A stretch of 64,000 nt of DNA from Candidatus Eiseniibacteriota bacterium. Lineage in GTDB: Bacteria; Eisenbacteria; RBG-16-71-46. Location of the stretch: assembly GCA_041483195.1 (NCBI GenBank), contig JBGPFC010000006.1, positions 1-64,000 on the forward strand. Direction: 5' to 3'. Positions 48,287 through 57,313 of the stretch are shown here, in pieces. The stretch's first letter is position 1. Every line of letters starts with the position of its first letter. The position numbers were made by a program, and so were the translations under genes. The notes beneath the pieces were generated by a model. The model had not been told where the DNA came from. It saw only the letters and a program-made list of their open reading frames with translations, and searched no databases.

Positions 48287-49870
48287 TCACTTCCGCACCA
48301 CGAAATAAATCGTCGCGACTTGCGAGGCCGCCGCAAGCAGAACGCCCAGCTCCTGCCACACCGACCGATCGGGTCGCTCGGGCACCCAGATCAGGTCGCC
48401 CGGCGCGAGTGCCGGCACGTCGCGGGCACGCAGGGTCTGACCGGTGACCGCGCGGGTCACCAGCACCCTGCCGGGCGCAGCCCGCTGCCCATAGCCACCG
48501 GCGAGCCGAACGTAGCTGTTCACTGAGCGCCGGGGGTCGTATGCGACGATGCCGGGCCTCCTCACCTCCCCGTCCACGCGCACCGAGGAGAGAATCTGTT
48601 CGACGCGTACGACGTCCCCGCCGAGCATGAGGAGATCCAGTTCGGGAGACTCCTGCACACGCCGCCAGTCGATGCGGAAGTCCTCGTGGCGTGCGGAGAG
48701 CCGGGTCTGCAGCTTCGCGTATTCGGCATCGCTCATCTCGCCGCGAGAGAGCCTGAGCAGGCGATCGAGTTCGGGGTCGGACTCGTGCCCTGCAAGGCTG
48801 GGACGATAGACGCGAATCGCGGACAGATCGGCCCGGGGGAGAAACCCGCCCGCCGCGCTCACCAGATCCGAGAGCCGGGTCTTCCCGCTCACCAGCGGAT
48901 AGGTTCCCGGGCGCGCCAACTCCCCGATGGCCGTGGCCTGCTCGAGCGCGTGGAAGCGTGGCGTGTAATAGACGTAAACGTGGTCGCCGTCGAACAGCGG
49001 CGGGTTGAACTCACCTCGAGCGAACTGCGTGAGCGAGAAGTACAGCGACTCCGCTTCGGTGCTGCTCTTCCAGCGCACGAGCAGGCAGCCCTCAGCCCGC
49101 GCCGAGGGCAGGGGCCCTCCGGCAAGCTCGAACAACGTGCTCAGGCTGTCGGCCGGGCCGAGTTCGGTCCCACCTCCACGCCCCACCGCGCCCGCGATTT
49201 CGATGTGCGTGATCGCCACCGGCACGGTCACGATGTCACCGTCCCGCAAGGGCGGATTGAATACGTTGTTCCCGGTCCGGTTCCAGCGCTCGAGGTCGGC
49301 GACCATGTGCTCGCCCCCCCGCCGCGTGATCCGGATGTTGCGGCGTGAGGCACTCGGCTTCAGCACCGCGTCGGGCAGCACCTCGCTCACCCGACTCACC
49401 GCGGGCACATCGGCTGCCCCCGGCTGCGCGACCTCGCCCGTCAGAAACACGCGCATCGTACGCACCCGCGCGAGGCGCAGGTCGAGGTCGACACCGTGGA
49501 ATTGGGTCGCGAGCCGGCGCGCGAGTTCACGCCGCGCCTCGGTCAGGGTAAGTCCGTCGAGTGACACCGCCCCCGCGCCCGGCACGAACATCATGCCTTC
49601 GGGCCCCACCGTGAGCCACAGCGTGCGGGTGACGCTCCCCGAGAAATTGAGCTGGAAGACATCGCCAGGGCCTACGATGTATCGGTCGGGATCCACGGCG
49701 CCGGGCAACACCGACGGAAACTGTGTGTCCGGTGTCACGACGCGGGTGGGCGCGCTCTCCGACGGACTCAGCGGATCGGCCGGGGCCATCCCCATCTGCG
49801 CGCGCGCGGTCCCGGCGGCTGGCGCGATGAACATGACGAGCGCCGCGAGCCGAGCCACGCCGCCCCTCAC
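48287..49870 (-). CDS. polysaccharide export protein with multiple SLBB domains (Wza/KpsD-like)
   Basis: Signal peptide, YIVGPGD, V.PEG...VP, V...GEV..PG repeats, L..GD.I.VP; start GTG 49870 overlapping rfbB stop. Confidence 0.88.
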   Translation of the reverse strand: MRGGVARLAALVMFIAPAAGTARAQMGMAPADPLSPSESAPTRVVTPDTQFPSVLPGAVDPDRYIVGPGDVFQLNFSGSVTRTLWLTVGPEGMMFVPGAGAVSLDGLTLTEARRELARRLATQFHGVDLDLRLARVRTMRVFLTGEVAQPGAADVPAVSRVSEVLPDAVLKPSASRRNIRITRRGGEHMVADLERWNRTGNNVFNPPLRDGDIVTVPVAITHIEIAGAVGRGGGTELGPADSLSTLFELAGGPLPSARAEGCLLVRWKSSTEAESLYFSLTQFARGEFNPPLFDGDHVYVYYTPRFHALEQATAIGELARPGTYPLVSGKTRLSDLVSAAGGFLPRADLSAIRVYRPSLAGHESDPELDRLLRLSRGEMSDAEYAKLQTRLSARHEDFRIDWRRVQESPELDLLMLGGDVVRVEQILSSVRVDGEVRRPGIVAYDPRRSVNSYVRLAGGYGQRAAPGRVLVTRAVTGQTLRARDVPALAPGDLIWVPERPDRSVWQELGVLLAAASQVATIYFVVRK

Positions 49871-50937
49871 GCCCGCACCTCCTTCAGCAGCTTCCGCTGT
49901 CCGTACATGCGCTCGTAGTAGGCGCGGAACTCGCCCTGCTTGATCGGGCGCCACCACGATTCGTTCGCCGTGAACCAATCCACCGTCTGTCGGATGCCGT
50001 CTTCGAACGCGATCGCGGGCTTCCAGCCGGTGAGCCGCGTGAGCTTGCCCGGATCCACCGCGTAGCGTCGGTCGTGCCCTAAGCGGTCCTCGACGTGGCG
50101 GATCAGCGTCGCGGGCTTGCCGAGCAACTTCAGGATGGTGCCGGTGATGGTGAGCACGTCCAGCTCGTGCCCGGCGCCGATGTTGAAGGTCTCGCCTTCG
50201 ATGCCCTCGCGCTGGAGCAGCTCGATGAGGGCCGAGCAATGGTCGTCCACGTGGAGCCAGTCGCGGCGATTGAGTCCGGTGCCGTACACGGGGAGCGGCT
50301 CGCCGTCGATCGCGTTGGTCACGAACAGCGGAACCAGCTTCTCGGGATACTGGCGGGGCCCGTAGTTGTTCGAGCAGCGCGTGACCACGACCGGCAGGCC
50401 GTAGGTGGCGAAGTACGCGTAAGCGAGCCGGTCGCCGCCCGCCTTGCTGGCGGCGTATGGGCTCCGCGGCATGAGCGGCCAGCTCTCGTCGGCGTGGCCC
50501 TCCATCACCTCGCCGTAGACTTCGTCGGTCGAGACCTGGATGAACCGTTTCACGTTCTGCCGCCGCGCCTCCTCGGCCAGCACGAACACGCCGTAGACAT
50601 CGGTCTGGATGAAATCGCCGGGGGTCTCGATCGAGCGATCCACGTGCGACTCCGCCGCGAAGTTGAGCACCAGGTCGCACCCCGCCATGGCGCGCGCGAC
50701 GTGCTCGGGGTTGCGGATGTCGCCGTGCACGAAGGTGAGCGAGCGCTCGGGCACGCCGCTCAGGTTTTCGCGCCGGCCCGCGTAGGTGAGTGCGTCCAGC
50801 ACCACGACATGGCACGACGGAAATCGCCCGAGCAGCCAGTGGACGAAATTGGAGCCGATGAAGCCAGCGCCGCCGGTCACCAGCACGCGGCTCGAATCGA
50901 GCCGCAGTCGCTCAGCCGTCCTTGACGGCTCAGCCAT
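49867..50937 (-). CDS. rfbB: dTDP-glucose 4,6-dehydratase
   Basis: TGGAGFIGSNF, DALTYAG, AAESHVDRSI, STDEVYG, SPYAASKA, SNNYGP.QYPEK, GHDRRYA. Confidence 0.96.
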   Translation of the reverse strand: MAEPSRTAERLRLDSSRVLVTGGAGFIGSNFVHWLLGRFPSCHVVVLDALTYAGRRENLSGVPERSLTFVHGDIRNPEHVARAMAGCDLVLNFAAESHVDRSIETPGDFIQTDVYGVFVLAEEARRQNVKRFIQVSTDEVYGEVMEGHADESWPLMPRSPYAASKAGGDRLAYAYFATYGLPVVVTRCSNNYGPRQYPEKLVPLFVTNAIDGEPLPVYGTGLNRRDWLHVDDHCSALIELLQREGIEGETFNIGAGHELDVLTITGTILKLLGKPATLIRHVEDRLGHDRRYAVDPGKLTRLTGWKPAIAFEDGIRQTVDWFTANESWWRPIKQGEFRAYYERMYGQRKLLKEVRA

Positions 50938-51385
50938 CCTTGCGGCTCCAGTCGTACGGGACCTCGGGGCTGTGCGGCGGCACGCGGAACTCGTCGGGGT
51001 CGTCGTAGGTGTAGTGCTCGCTCGGCGTGTTGACCAGGTAGGCGGGCTCGGTGCCGGCGCCCTTCATGCCGTGCAGCACGAGCGGCGGGATCACGAGCAG
51101 GATCGGATTCTGCTCGCCCATGAAGAACTCGTTGATCTCGCCGCGCGTGCGGCTGCCCTCGCGATCGTCGTAGAGCACGACCTTGGCCATGCCCTTCACG
51201 AACACGAAGTGATCGGTCTGCTTGCGATGGTAGTGCCAGCCTTTCACCACGCCCGGATAGACGACGGAGAGATAGACCTGCCCGAACTTCTGGAAGAACT
51301 CGTCGTCGTCGCGCATCATCTCCATGAGGAATCCGCGCTCGTCCGGGATGAGCTTGAGCCTCTTGATCTTCACGCCATCGATCAT
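50930..51385 (-). CDS. rfbC: dTDP-4-dehydrorhamnose 3,5-epimerase family (short cupin type)
   Basis: MIDGVKIK.L..IPDERG.L.E, PGVVKGWHYH..QTD, LYD.REGS.T, IPP.V.HG. Confidence 0.85.
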   Translation of the reverse strand: MIDGVKIKRLKLIPDERGFLMEMMRDDDEFFQKFGQVYLSVVYPGVVKGWHYHRKQTDHFVFVKGMAKVVLYDDREGSRTRGEINEFFMGEQNPILLVIPPLVLHGMKGAGTEPAYLVNTPSEHYTYDDPDEFRVPPHSPEVPYDWSRKDG

Positions 51386-52734
51386 GTCGCGCTCCCGCGT
51401 CGCGCGGCGCGCGGCGCGGCGGCGCGCCCGCGGCCCACGCCCACGTGTCGCATGCCCGCCGCCTCGACCTCCGCCGGATCGTAGAGATTCCGGAGATCGC
51501 ACAGCACCGGCCGGCGCATCAGGCGCTTGAGCCGGCCCAGGTTCATGTTTCGGAACTCGTTCCACTCGGTGACGATCGCCAGCGCGTCGGCGCCGCGCGC
51601 GGCATCGTACGCGTCGGCCGCCATCGTCACGCCGCGCAGCTGCGGGACGGTTCCCGCCTTCGCGCCGGCCACCGGGTCGAAGGCCGTGATCCGGTAACCG
51701 CGGCGCTTGAGCCCCGCGATGATCGTGAGCGCCGGCGAATCGCGCAGGTCGTCGGTGTTGGGCTTGAACGCGAGCCCCAGCACGCCGATCTTCGCGCCGC
51801 GCCGTCTGCCCACCGCCTGCCCGATCTTCTCGACCATCCGCTGCATCTGCCGCTGGTTGGCCGCGATGGTCGCGTCCACGATGCCGGATTCCACGCCCGC
51901 GGCGCGCGCGAACGCCGAGAGCGCGTGCGTGTCCTTGGGGAAACACGAGCCGCCGTAGCCGGGGCCGGCGTGCAGGAACTTGCTGCCGATGCGCCGATCC
52001 ATCCCGAGCCCCTTCGCGACCGACTGCACGTCGGCCCCGAGCGCCTCGCACAGGTTCGCGATCTCGTTGATGAAGGAGATCTTGGTCGCGAGGAAGCAGT
52101 TCGAGGCGTACTTGATGAGCTCCGCAGTCTCGAGCGAGGTCACCACCATCGGCGTCTCGATCAGGAACAGCGGATCGTGAATCTTGCGCAGGATCGCGGC
52201 CGCCTTCTTCGATTCGGCGCCGATCACCACGCGGTCGGGGCGCATGAAGGTCTCGATGGCCGAGCCCTCGCGCAGGAACTCGGGGTTCGATGCGACGTCG
52301 AATTCCGCACCCCGCGGCGCGTGCGAGCGGATGAAGCGATGGAGATCGCGGGCGGTGCCCACCGGCGCGGTGCTCTTCTGCACCACCAGCTTGTAGCCGT
52401 CGAGGTGCTTCGCGACCGTTTTCGCCACGGCGTAGATGGCGGAGGTGTCCGCGCTGCCGTCGGCGCGCGGAGGCGTACCGACGGTGATGAAGACCACCTT
52501 CGAGCCCTGCAGGGCCTCGGGCAGGTCGCTCGCGAATCGCAGGCGCTGCTCGCTCACGTTGCGACGCACCAGGTCGGCGAGGCCCGGCTCGTAGAACGGG
52601 AGGTCGAGCGCGTTCAGCCGTTCGATCTTGGCGGCGTCGCTGTCCACGCACACGACGCGGTTGCCGAAATCGGCGAGGCAGGCGCCGGTCACGAGGCCTA
52701 CGTAGCCGGTGCCGACCACGGTGATCGAATACAA
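51382..52734 (-). CDS. ugd: UDP-glucose/GDP-mannose 6-dehydrogenase
   Basis: GTGYVGL, VGTP, KST.PVGT, SNPEFLREG, KYASN.FLA.KISFINE, GYGGSCFPKD, FKPNTDD.RDSP. Confidence 0.95.
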   Translation of the reverse strand: MYSITVVGTGYVGLVTGACLADFGNRVVCVDSDAAKIERLNALDLPFYEPGLADLVRRNVSEQRLRFASDLPEALQGSKVVFITVGTPPRADGSADTSAIYAVAKTVAKHLDGYKLVVQKSTAPVGTARDLHRFIRSHAPRGAEFDVASNPEFLREGSAIETFMRPDRVVIGAESKKAAAILRKIHDPLFLIETPMVVTSLETAELIKYASNCFLATKISFINEIANLCEALGADVQSVAKGLGMDRRIGSKFLHAGPGYGGSCFPKDTHALSAFARAAGVESGIVDATIAANQRQMQRMVEKIGQAVGRRRGAKIGVLGLAFKPNTDDLRDSPALTIIAGLKRRGYRITAFDPVAGAKAGTVPQLRGVTMAADAYDAARGADALAIVTEWNEFRNMNLGRLKRLMRRPVLCDLRNLYDPAEVEAAGMRHVGVGRGRAAAPRAARRGSAT

Positions 52735-52812
52735 GCGGGCGATTCCTCCACGTCGGAGCGTACGAGGCCGGAGTGACGCCGCCGGACTCGCAGCAAGCGG
52801 GGCAAGCGAGAC

Positions 52813-52841
52813 AGGTTAGTGGTTTGGCGCGATGCGGTCAA
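52813..52841 (-). promoter_or_regulatory. internal sigma70 promoter for ugd-rfbC-rfbB-export genes
   Basis: TTGACC-N17-TAACCT; -35 overlaps the upstream stop codon. Confidence 0.6.
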
Positions 52842-53812
52842 CGTCGCGGCGCGCGAGCGTCCGCGAGCAGGGCATCGAGCGTGCCATCGAGCGGGGTCGA
52901 GGCTCGCCAGCCGCACTCGGCCTCGATCCGCGACGGGTCGCCGACCAGAAAGGGCACGTCGGCGGGGCGCGAGCGGGCCGGATCGACCTCGATCCGGATC
53001 GGGAGCCGGGCGCGCGCGATGAGGGATTCCACCATCGCCGAGAGCAGCACCCCTTCCCCGCGGCACACGTTGTACGCCTCCCCCGCGCGCCCGCGCTCGA
53101 GCAGCGCGACGTATGCTCCCGCCACGTCGCGCACGTCGGTGATGTCGCGCGTCACCGCGAGGTTCCCCACGCGCAGCAGCGGGGGTGCGGCCCCCGCCTC
53201 GATCGCCGCGATCTGCTGCGCGAACGAGGGCAGCGCGAAGCGCGGCGATTGCCCCGGCCCCGCGTGCGCGAAGGAGCGCGTGCGCACCACGTCGAGCCCG
53301 TACTCGCGGTGTGCGATTTCCGCGAACGCGTCGGCCGCCGCCTTCGACAACCCGTAAGGGCTCACCGGCCGGAACGGCGCGGTCTCGGGAACGCGCGAAC
53401 CCTCAGGCTGCGGGCCGTAGGACTCGCCGGTTCCCACCACGATCACGCGCGCGCGGGGCGCACCGGCGCGAACCGCCTCCAGCACGTTCCAGGTCCCCAG
53501 CGCGTTGGTCTGGAAGGTCATGACCGGGTCCTCGAACGAGAGTGCGGCACTACTCTGCCCCGCCAGGTGCACGACGGCTTCGGGTTTCGCGGCCGTGATC
53601 GCGGCGGCGATGGACCCCGGATCGCGCACGTCGGCCGGGTGCCAGCCCGCGAACGTCGATCCGGATGGCGCGGCGCCGAGTGCGGCGCCGTGCACGCGTG
53701 CGCCGTGCGCCACGAGGGCCGCCGCGAGGTGCGGACCCACGAAGCCGTTCGCGCCGATGACGAGGACGCTGCGCCCCTTCAGGTAACGTCTCTCACCACT
53801 CGCGCCGGGCAT
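52838..53812 (-). CDS. GDP-mannose 4,6-dehydratase/RMD-like SDR
   Basis: GANGFVG, HLAGQSS...SF, SPYGLSK, GPGQSPRF...SFA.QIA.IE, VGNL...RD.TDVRD, DP.R.RP.DVP. Confidence 0.87.
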   Translation of the reverse strand: MPGASGERRYLKGRSVLVIGANGFVGPHLAAALVAHGARVHGAALGAAPSGSTFAGWHPADVRDPGSIAAAITAAKPEAVVHLAGQSSAALSFEDPVMTFQTNALGTWNVLEAVRAGAPRARVIVVGTGESYGPQPEGSRVPETAPFRPVSPYGLSKAAADAFAEIAHREYGLDVVRTRSFAHAGPGQSPRFALPSFAQQIAAIEAGAAPPLLRVGNLAVTRDITDVRDVAGAYVALLERGRAGEAYNVCRGEGVLLSAMVESLIARARLPIRIEVDPARSRPADVPFLVGDPSRIEAECGWRASTPLDGTLDALLADARAPRR

Positions 53813-54546
53813 CCCATCACCACCTTCCCGGCGGGCACGTCGCGCGTCACGACCGCACCCGCAGCCACCACCGCGCGCTCCCCGACCTCGACGCCGGGCA
53901 GGAGCACGGCGCCCAGACCGATCGAGCAACGACGCCGCAGGATGGGCCCTCGGATGAGTTCCTCGAGGTATTCGCCCTCCCACATCCGGTTGTCGTTCGC
54001 GGTCGAGACCCCGGCGCTCACGAACACCTCGTCCTCGATCACCATGTTGCCGGTGAGGTGAGTGAGGTCCATGACCTTGCATCCCGCGCCGATCGTCGTG
54101 TGGTAATTCACGGTCACCGCGCGGGCAATGAGCGTGCGCTCGCCCACCGCGCACTCTTCGCGCAACGATGCGAGATCGCCGATCAACACTTCGGCAGCGA
54201 GCCGCGAGCCACGATAGAGCACCGCGTGGGCGCCGATCACCGCGCCCGGGCCGATCTCGAGCCCGGGAAGAGTCGCGGCGAGCGGCCGGGTCGCGGCGCG
54301 CGTCGCCACCGGCGGCCGGCCGAGGACGGCTCCCGGCAGCACGCGGACGCCTTCGCGAAGGATGGTGTCTTCGTACACGATCGCGTGTGCCTCGATCACG
54401 CACCCGTCCTCGAGCACCGCGCCCAAATGGATCACGACGCCTGGCCCGAGTTCCACGCGCCCGATCCGCGCATCCGGGTGGATGCAGCGGCCGTGCGCAT
54501 CGGGCCGCAGGGCGCCGGGCCCGATCTCCGAGCGCTCGGGGTTCAC
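53779..54546 (-). CDS. hexapeptide-repeat sugar acetyltransferase
   Basis: Left-handed beta-helix repeats; IG.GAVLLPGV.VG..AVVAAGAVVTRDVP...VVMGCPAR; GTG 54546. Confidence 0.88.
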   Translation of the reverse strand: MNPERSEIGPGALRPDAHGRCIHPDARIGRVELGPGVVIHLGAVLEDGCVIEAHAIVYEDTILREGVRVLPGAVLGRPPVATRAATRPLAATLPGLEIGPGAVIGAHAVLYRGSRLAAEVLIGDLASLREECAVGERTLIARAVTVNYHTTIGAGCKVMDLTHLTGNMVIEDEVFVSAGVSTANDNRMWEGEYLEELIRGPILRRRCSIGLGAVLLPGVEVGERAVVAAGAVVTRDVPAGKVVMGCPARVVRDVT

Positions 54547-55544
54547 CAATAGCGCTCCCGGTGGGTCCGGTAATAGTCCACCGTCGCGCGCACCCCGTCG
54601 GCGAGGGTCGTCGTCGGCCGCCAACCCACCAGCCGGCCGATCTTCGCGATGTCGCTGTAGAAATCTCCCGGCTCCTGCGCCTTCCGTTCGGGCGTGAACT
54701 CGGTGTAGACGATCTGCGCGCCCTCGACGGTGGAGCAGATCGCCTCGGCGAGATCGCGGAACGTGGCGGGTCGATCGTCGCCGATGTTGATGATCTCGCC
54801 TGCGCAGGCGGGCTCCGCCGCACACCGCAGCATGGCGTCCACGCAGTCGTCGATGTAAACGAAGTCCCGACGAATCAGCCCGTCGCCGAACAGGGTGATG
54901 GGCTTGCCGTCGAGCGCGAGACGGATGAGCCAGTTCGCGACTCCATAGTGCGAGGACTTCATCTGGGCGCGCGGGCCGTAAATATTGGTGAGCCGGAGCA
55001 TCACCGCCCGGATGCCGTGCACCTCGTGATACATCTGCAGAATCTTCTCCGAAGTCAGGAGCGAGATCTCGTGCAGGCCCTTGGGGTGGGTGGGCGCGTC
55101 CTCCGCGACCGGGAGCCGGATCGCCGCCCCGTACTGGCCACGCGTGCCGCTGCGCACCACCAGCACTCCCGGGTTGACCTTGCGGATCGCCTCGAGCAGC
55201 GCCGCCGTTCCCTTGATGTTGATCTCGATGTCGGGATAGGGGTCGGACATGCTCTTGACGTGCGAGACCTGCGCCGCACAGTGAAACACCACGTCCACGC
55301 CGTCCACCATGAGGGCCATCAGGTGTTCGTCGCGCACGTCGCAGTAATTGACCCGCACCCGGTCGCGCACCGGCTCGATGTTGAAGAGGTTGCCGCCAAA
55401 TTCGGAGATCATGGCGTCCGCGATGACGACCTCTGCGCCCGCCTCGGCGAGACGGATCGCGAGCGTCGAGCCCACGAAACCGAGTCCCCCGGTGATCAGC
55501 ACGCGCCGGCCGCGAAATGCCGAACTGTCGCGCGATGGGTTCAC
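54543..55544 (-). CDS. NAD-dependent nucleotide-sugar epimerase/dehydratase
   Basis: LITGGLGFVGS, AAQVSH..SM.DP, TRGQYG, LRLTNIYGPR, RDFVYIDD. Confidence 0.9.
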   Translation of the reverse strand: MNPSRDSSAFRGRRVLITGGLGFVGSTLAIRLAEAGAEVVIADAMISEFGGNLFNIEPVRDRVRVNYCDVRDEHLMALMVDGVDVVFHCAAQVSHVKSMSDPYPDIEINIKGTAALLEAIRKVNPGVLVVRSGTRGQYGAAIRLPVAEDAPTHPKGLHEISLLTSEKILQMYHEVHGIRAVMLRLTNIYGPRAQMKSSHYGVANWLIRLALDGKPITLFGDGLIRRDFVYIDDCVDAMLRCAAEPACAGEIINIGDDRPATFRDLAEAICSTVEGAQIVYTEFTPERKAQEPGDFYSDIAKIGRLVGWRPTTTLADGVRATVDYYRTHRERYW

Positions 55545-55708
55545 GGTCGTTCCTCATCCTCCCTGCCGTGGGGCGGTACGAACTTGCCGCTCGGGATCCG
55601 ATCACTCGGCCTCACGACCCGATGCTCGCAATGGGAGCCCACCGGGCCTAAGCCCGCTGAACTGTTGCCGAACGCTGGGTGGATGTCCAGTTCGCGAGTC
55701 CGAGTCAT
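55541..55708 (-). CDS. possible 55-aa small ORF bridging flippase and epimerase
   Basis: ATGA overlap with flippase stop and GTGA overlap with epimerase start; AT-rich third positions argue against coding. Confidence 0.3.
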   Translation of the reverse strand: MTRTRELDIHPAFGNSSAGLGPVGSHCEHRVVRPSDRIPSGKFVPPHGREDEERP

Positions 55709-57249
55709 GATCGCGACGGGGCCTCTTCACCGCGCGCGAGCAGCAGCGCGCTCAACTCACGGATGCGCACGAAGCGCGTGACGAGCGTCACCGCGAGCGC
55801 GAGCCCTCCCGCGACCGCGGCCACCAGCGCGAGGATCGCCCAAGCGAGCGGGCCGCGGGCCGCCGGCAGCGCGCGGTCGAGCGCGAACGACGCCACCGCG
55901 CCGACGGCGACGGCCACCACCGGCACGCCGCATGGCTCGAGCAACAGATGCATGGCCGGCCACGATAGCGTCCTCGCCAGCAGCGTGATGAACAGCGTCG
56001 CGCCGATGAAGTTCGCGGCGATGATGGCGATCAGCGCGCCCGCGATCCCAAGCTTCGGCATCAGCCACAGACTGAGCGCAAGATGTGTGACCAAAGCCAC
56101 CGCCGCGAACCACGCCTCGAGATCGGTGCGCGCGATGCCGCGCGCCACGGTGGTGCCCATCCCGGTCGCGATCGCGATGCTTCCGGCGATCGCGATCCCA
56201 CGCAGCGCGAGCGCGGCGCCGGCGTGCCCGGGCCCCAGCCAGGTCAGATAGAGGCGGTCCGCGCTTCCGAGCAGCACCGCGAGCGTGATCGCACCCGCCG
56301 CGAGCACGTAACGATTCGCACGGCGGTACAGTTCTCGCAGCCGTTCCGGGGTCTCGCCCGCGTGGATCGCCGCGGCAGCGGGCAGTACCGCCAGCAGGAG
56401 CAGCTGAGGTACGCCGTTCGCGGCGGTCGCGACGCGAAAACCCAATTCGTACGGCGTGACGGCGGCCAGCGCGACGAAGCGCGCGAGGAGGAACTTGTCG
56501 AGGTGGGAGTGGATCACGGAGAGCGCATTGCCGATCTGCATCGGCCCCCCGAAACGGATGACCGCGCGCGTGTGACGTAGGGCTTCGCTCGCGCTCCCCC
56601 AGTGGAACTCGGGTTCGGCACGCCTTAGGAGCATGAGGCCCAGCGCGAGGCCGAGCGTCCAGCCCAGACCGACATTGACGACCAGGCCGGCGAGGCCCCA
56701 GTGCATGGCGAGCACGATGGGAATCCCGATCGCCTGCTGCGCGGTGAGAGTCAGCAGCACCCGGTTCGCGAGGTCGAAGCGCCCGCAGGCCTGGTTGATG
56801 GCCATGGTGATGTTGGCGAGGCCCGAAAGCGTGAAGACGCCGGCCCCCGCCACGATCGCGAAGCCCGCCGCACCGCGCACCTCGTCCGGCACGCGCAGCC
56901 AGTCCATGATGGGCCCGCGGAAGGCGAGCGTGACCGTGAGCCACACCAGACCGAGCACGACGTACCCGAGGGCGGCGAGCGTCGCGAACGCGCCGCCGCT
57001 CGTCAGGTCGCCGCGCTCGCGCGCGGCCGCGACGCGCTGGAGCGTGCCCTGGGCGAGGCCGAAGTCGAGCGCGCCGAAATATCCTGTAAGCGCGAAGAAC
57101 AGCGACCACACCGCGAATCCGTCGGGCCCGAGGGCGCCGAGAATGGGTGGCGTGAGCACCAGCCACACCACGATCGCCGCGACGCGGCCGGTCGCGGCGT
57201 GCATGGTGTTCGCCACCAGCCGCCGGCCGAGACCGGGTGCGGCGCTCAT
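55705..57249 (-). CDS. wzx: Wzx-type oligosaccharide flippase
   Basis: N-terminal L..NT, TP.IL..LG...F.VW...DFGL, LDKFLLARF..L.AVTPYELG; ~12-14 TM segments. Confidence 0.87.
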   Translation of the reverse strand: MSAAPGLGRRLVANTMHAATGRVAAIVVWLVLTPPILGALGPDGFAVWSLFFALTGYFGALDFGLAQGTLQRVAAARERGDLTSGGAFATLAALGYVVLGLVWLTVTLAFRGPIMDWLRVPDEVRGAAGFAIVAGAGVFTLSGLANITMAINQACGRFDLANRVLLTLTAQQAIGIPIVLAMHWGLAGLVVNVGLGWTLGLALGLMLLRRAEPEFHWGSASEALRHTRAVIRFGGPMQIGNALSVIHSHLDKFLLARFVALAAVTPYELGFRVATAANGVPQLLLLAVLPAAAAIHAGETPERLRELYRRANRYVLAAGAITLAVLLGSADRLYLTWLGPGHAGAALALRGIAIAGSIAIATGMGTTVARGIARTDLEAWFAAVALVTHLALSLWLMPKLGIAGALIAIIAANFIGATLFITLLARTLSWPAMHLLLEPCGVPVVAVAVGAVASFALDRALPAARGPLAWAILALVAAVAGGLALAVTLVTRFVRIRELSALLLARGEEAPSRS

Positions 57250-57313
57250 CGGATGCTCGCGGAGCGGCCCCGGCCGGCGCCGCGCGCCGGAACGGCTGGC
57301 GCGCTCCGCATGT

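Noticed and set aside
48287..54823. Long N-terminal extensions on the SLBB, rfbC and RMD-like ORFs suggesting fusions or frameshifting
   Set aside because: They are stop-free alternative frames of the upstream genes; each gene has a plausible overlapping start.
55572..55579. ops-like GGCGGTAC in a polysaccharide operon
   Set aside because: It mismatches GGCGGTAG and lies on the wrong strand for these minus-strand genes.
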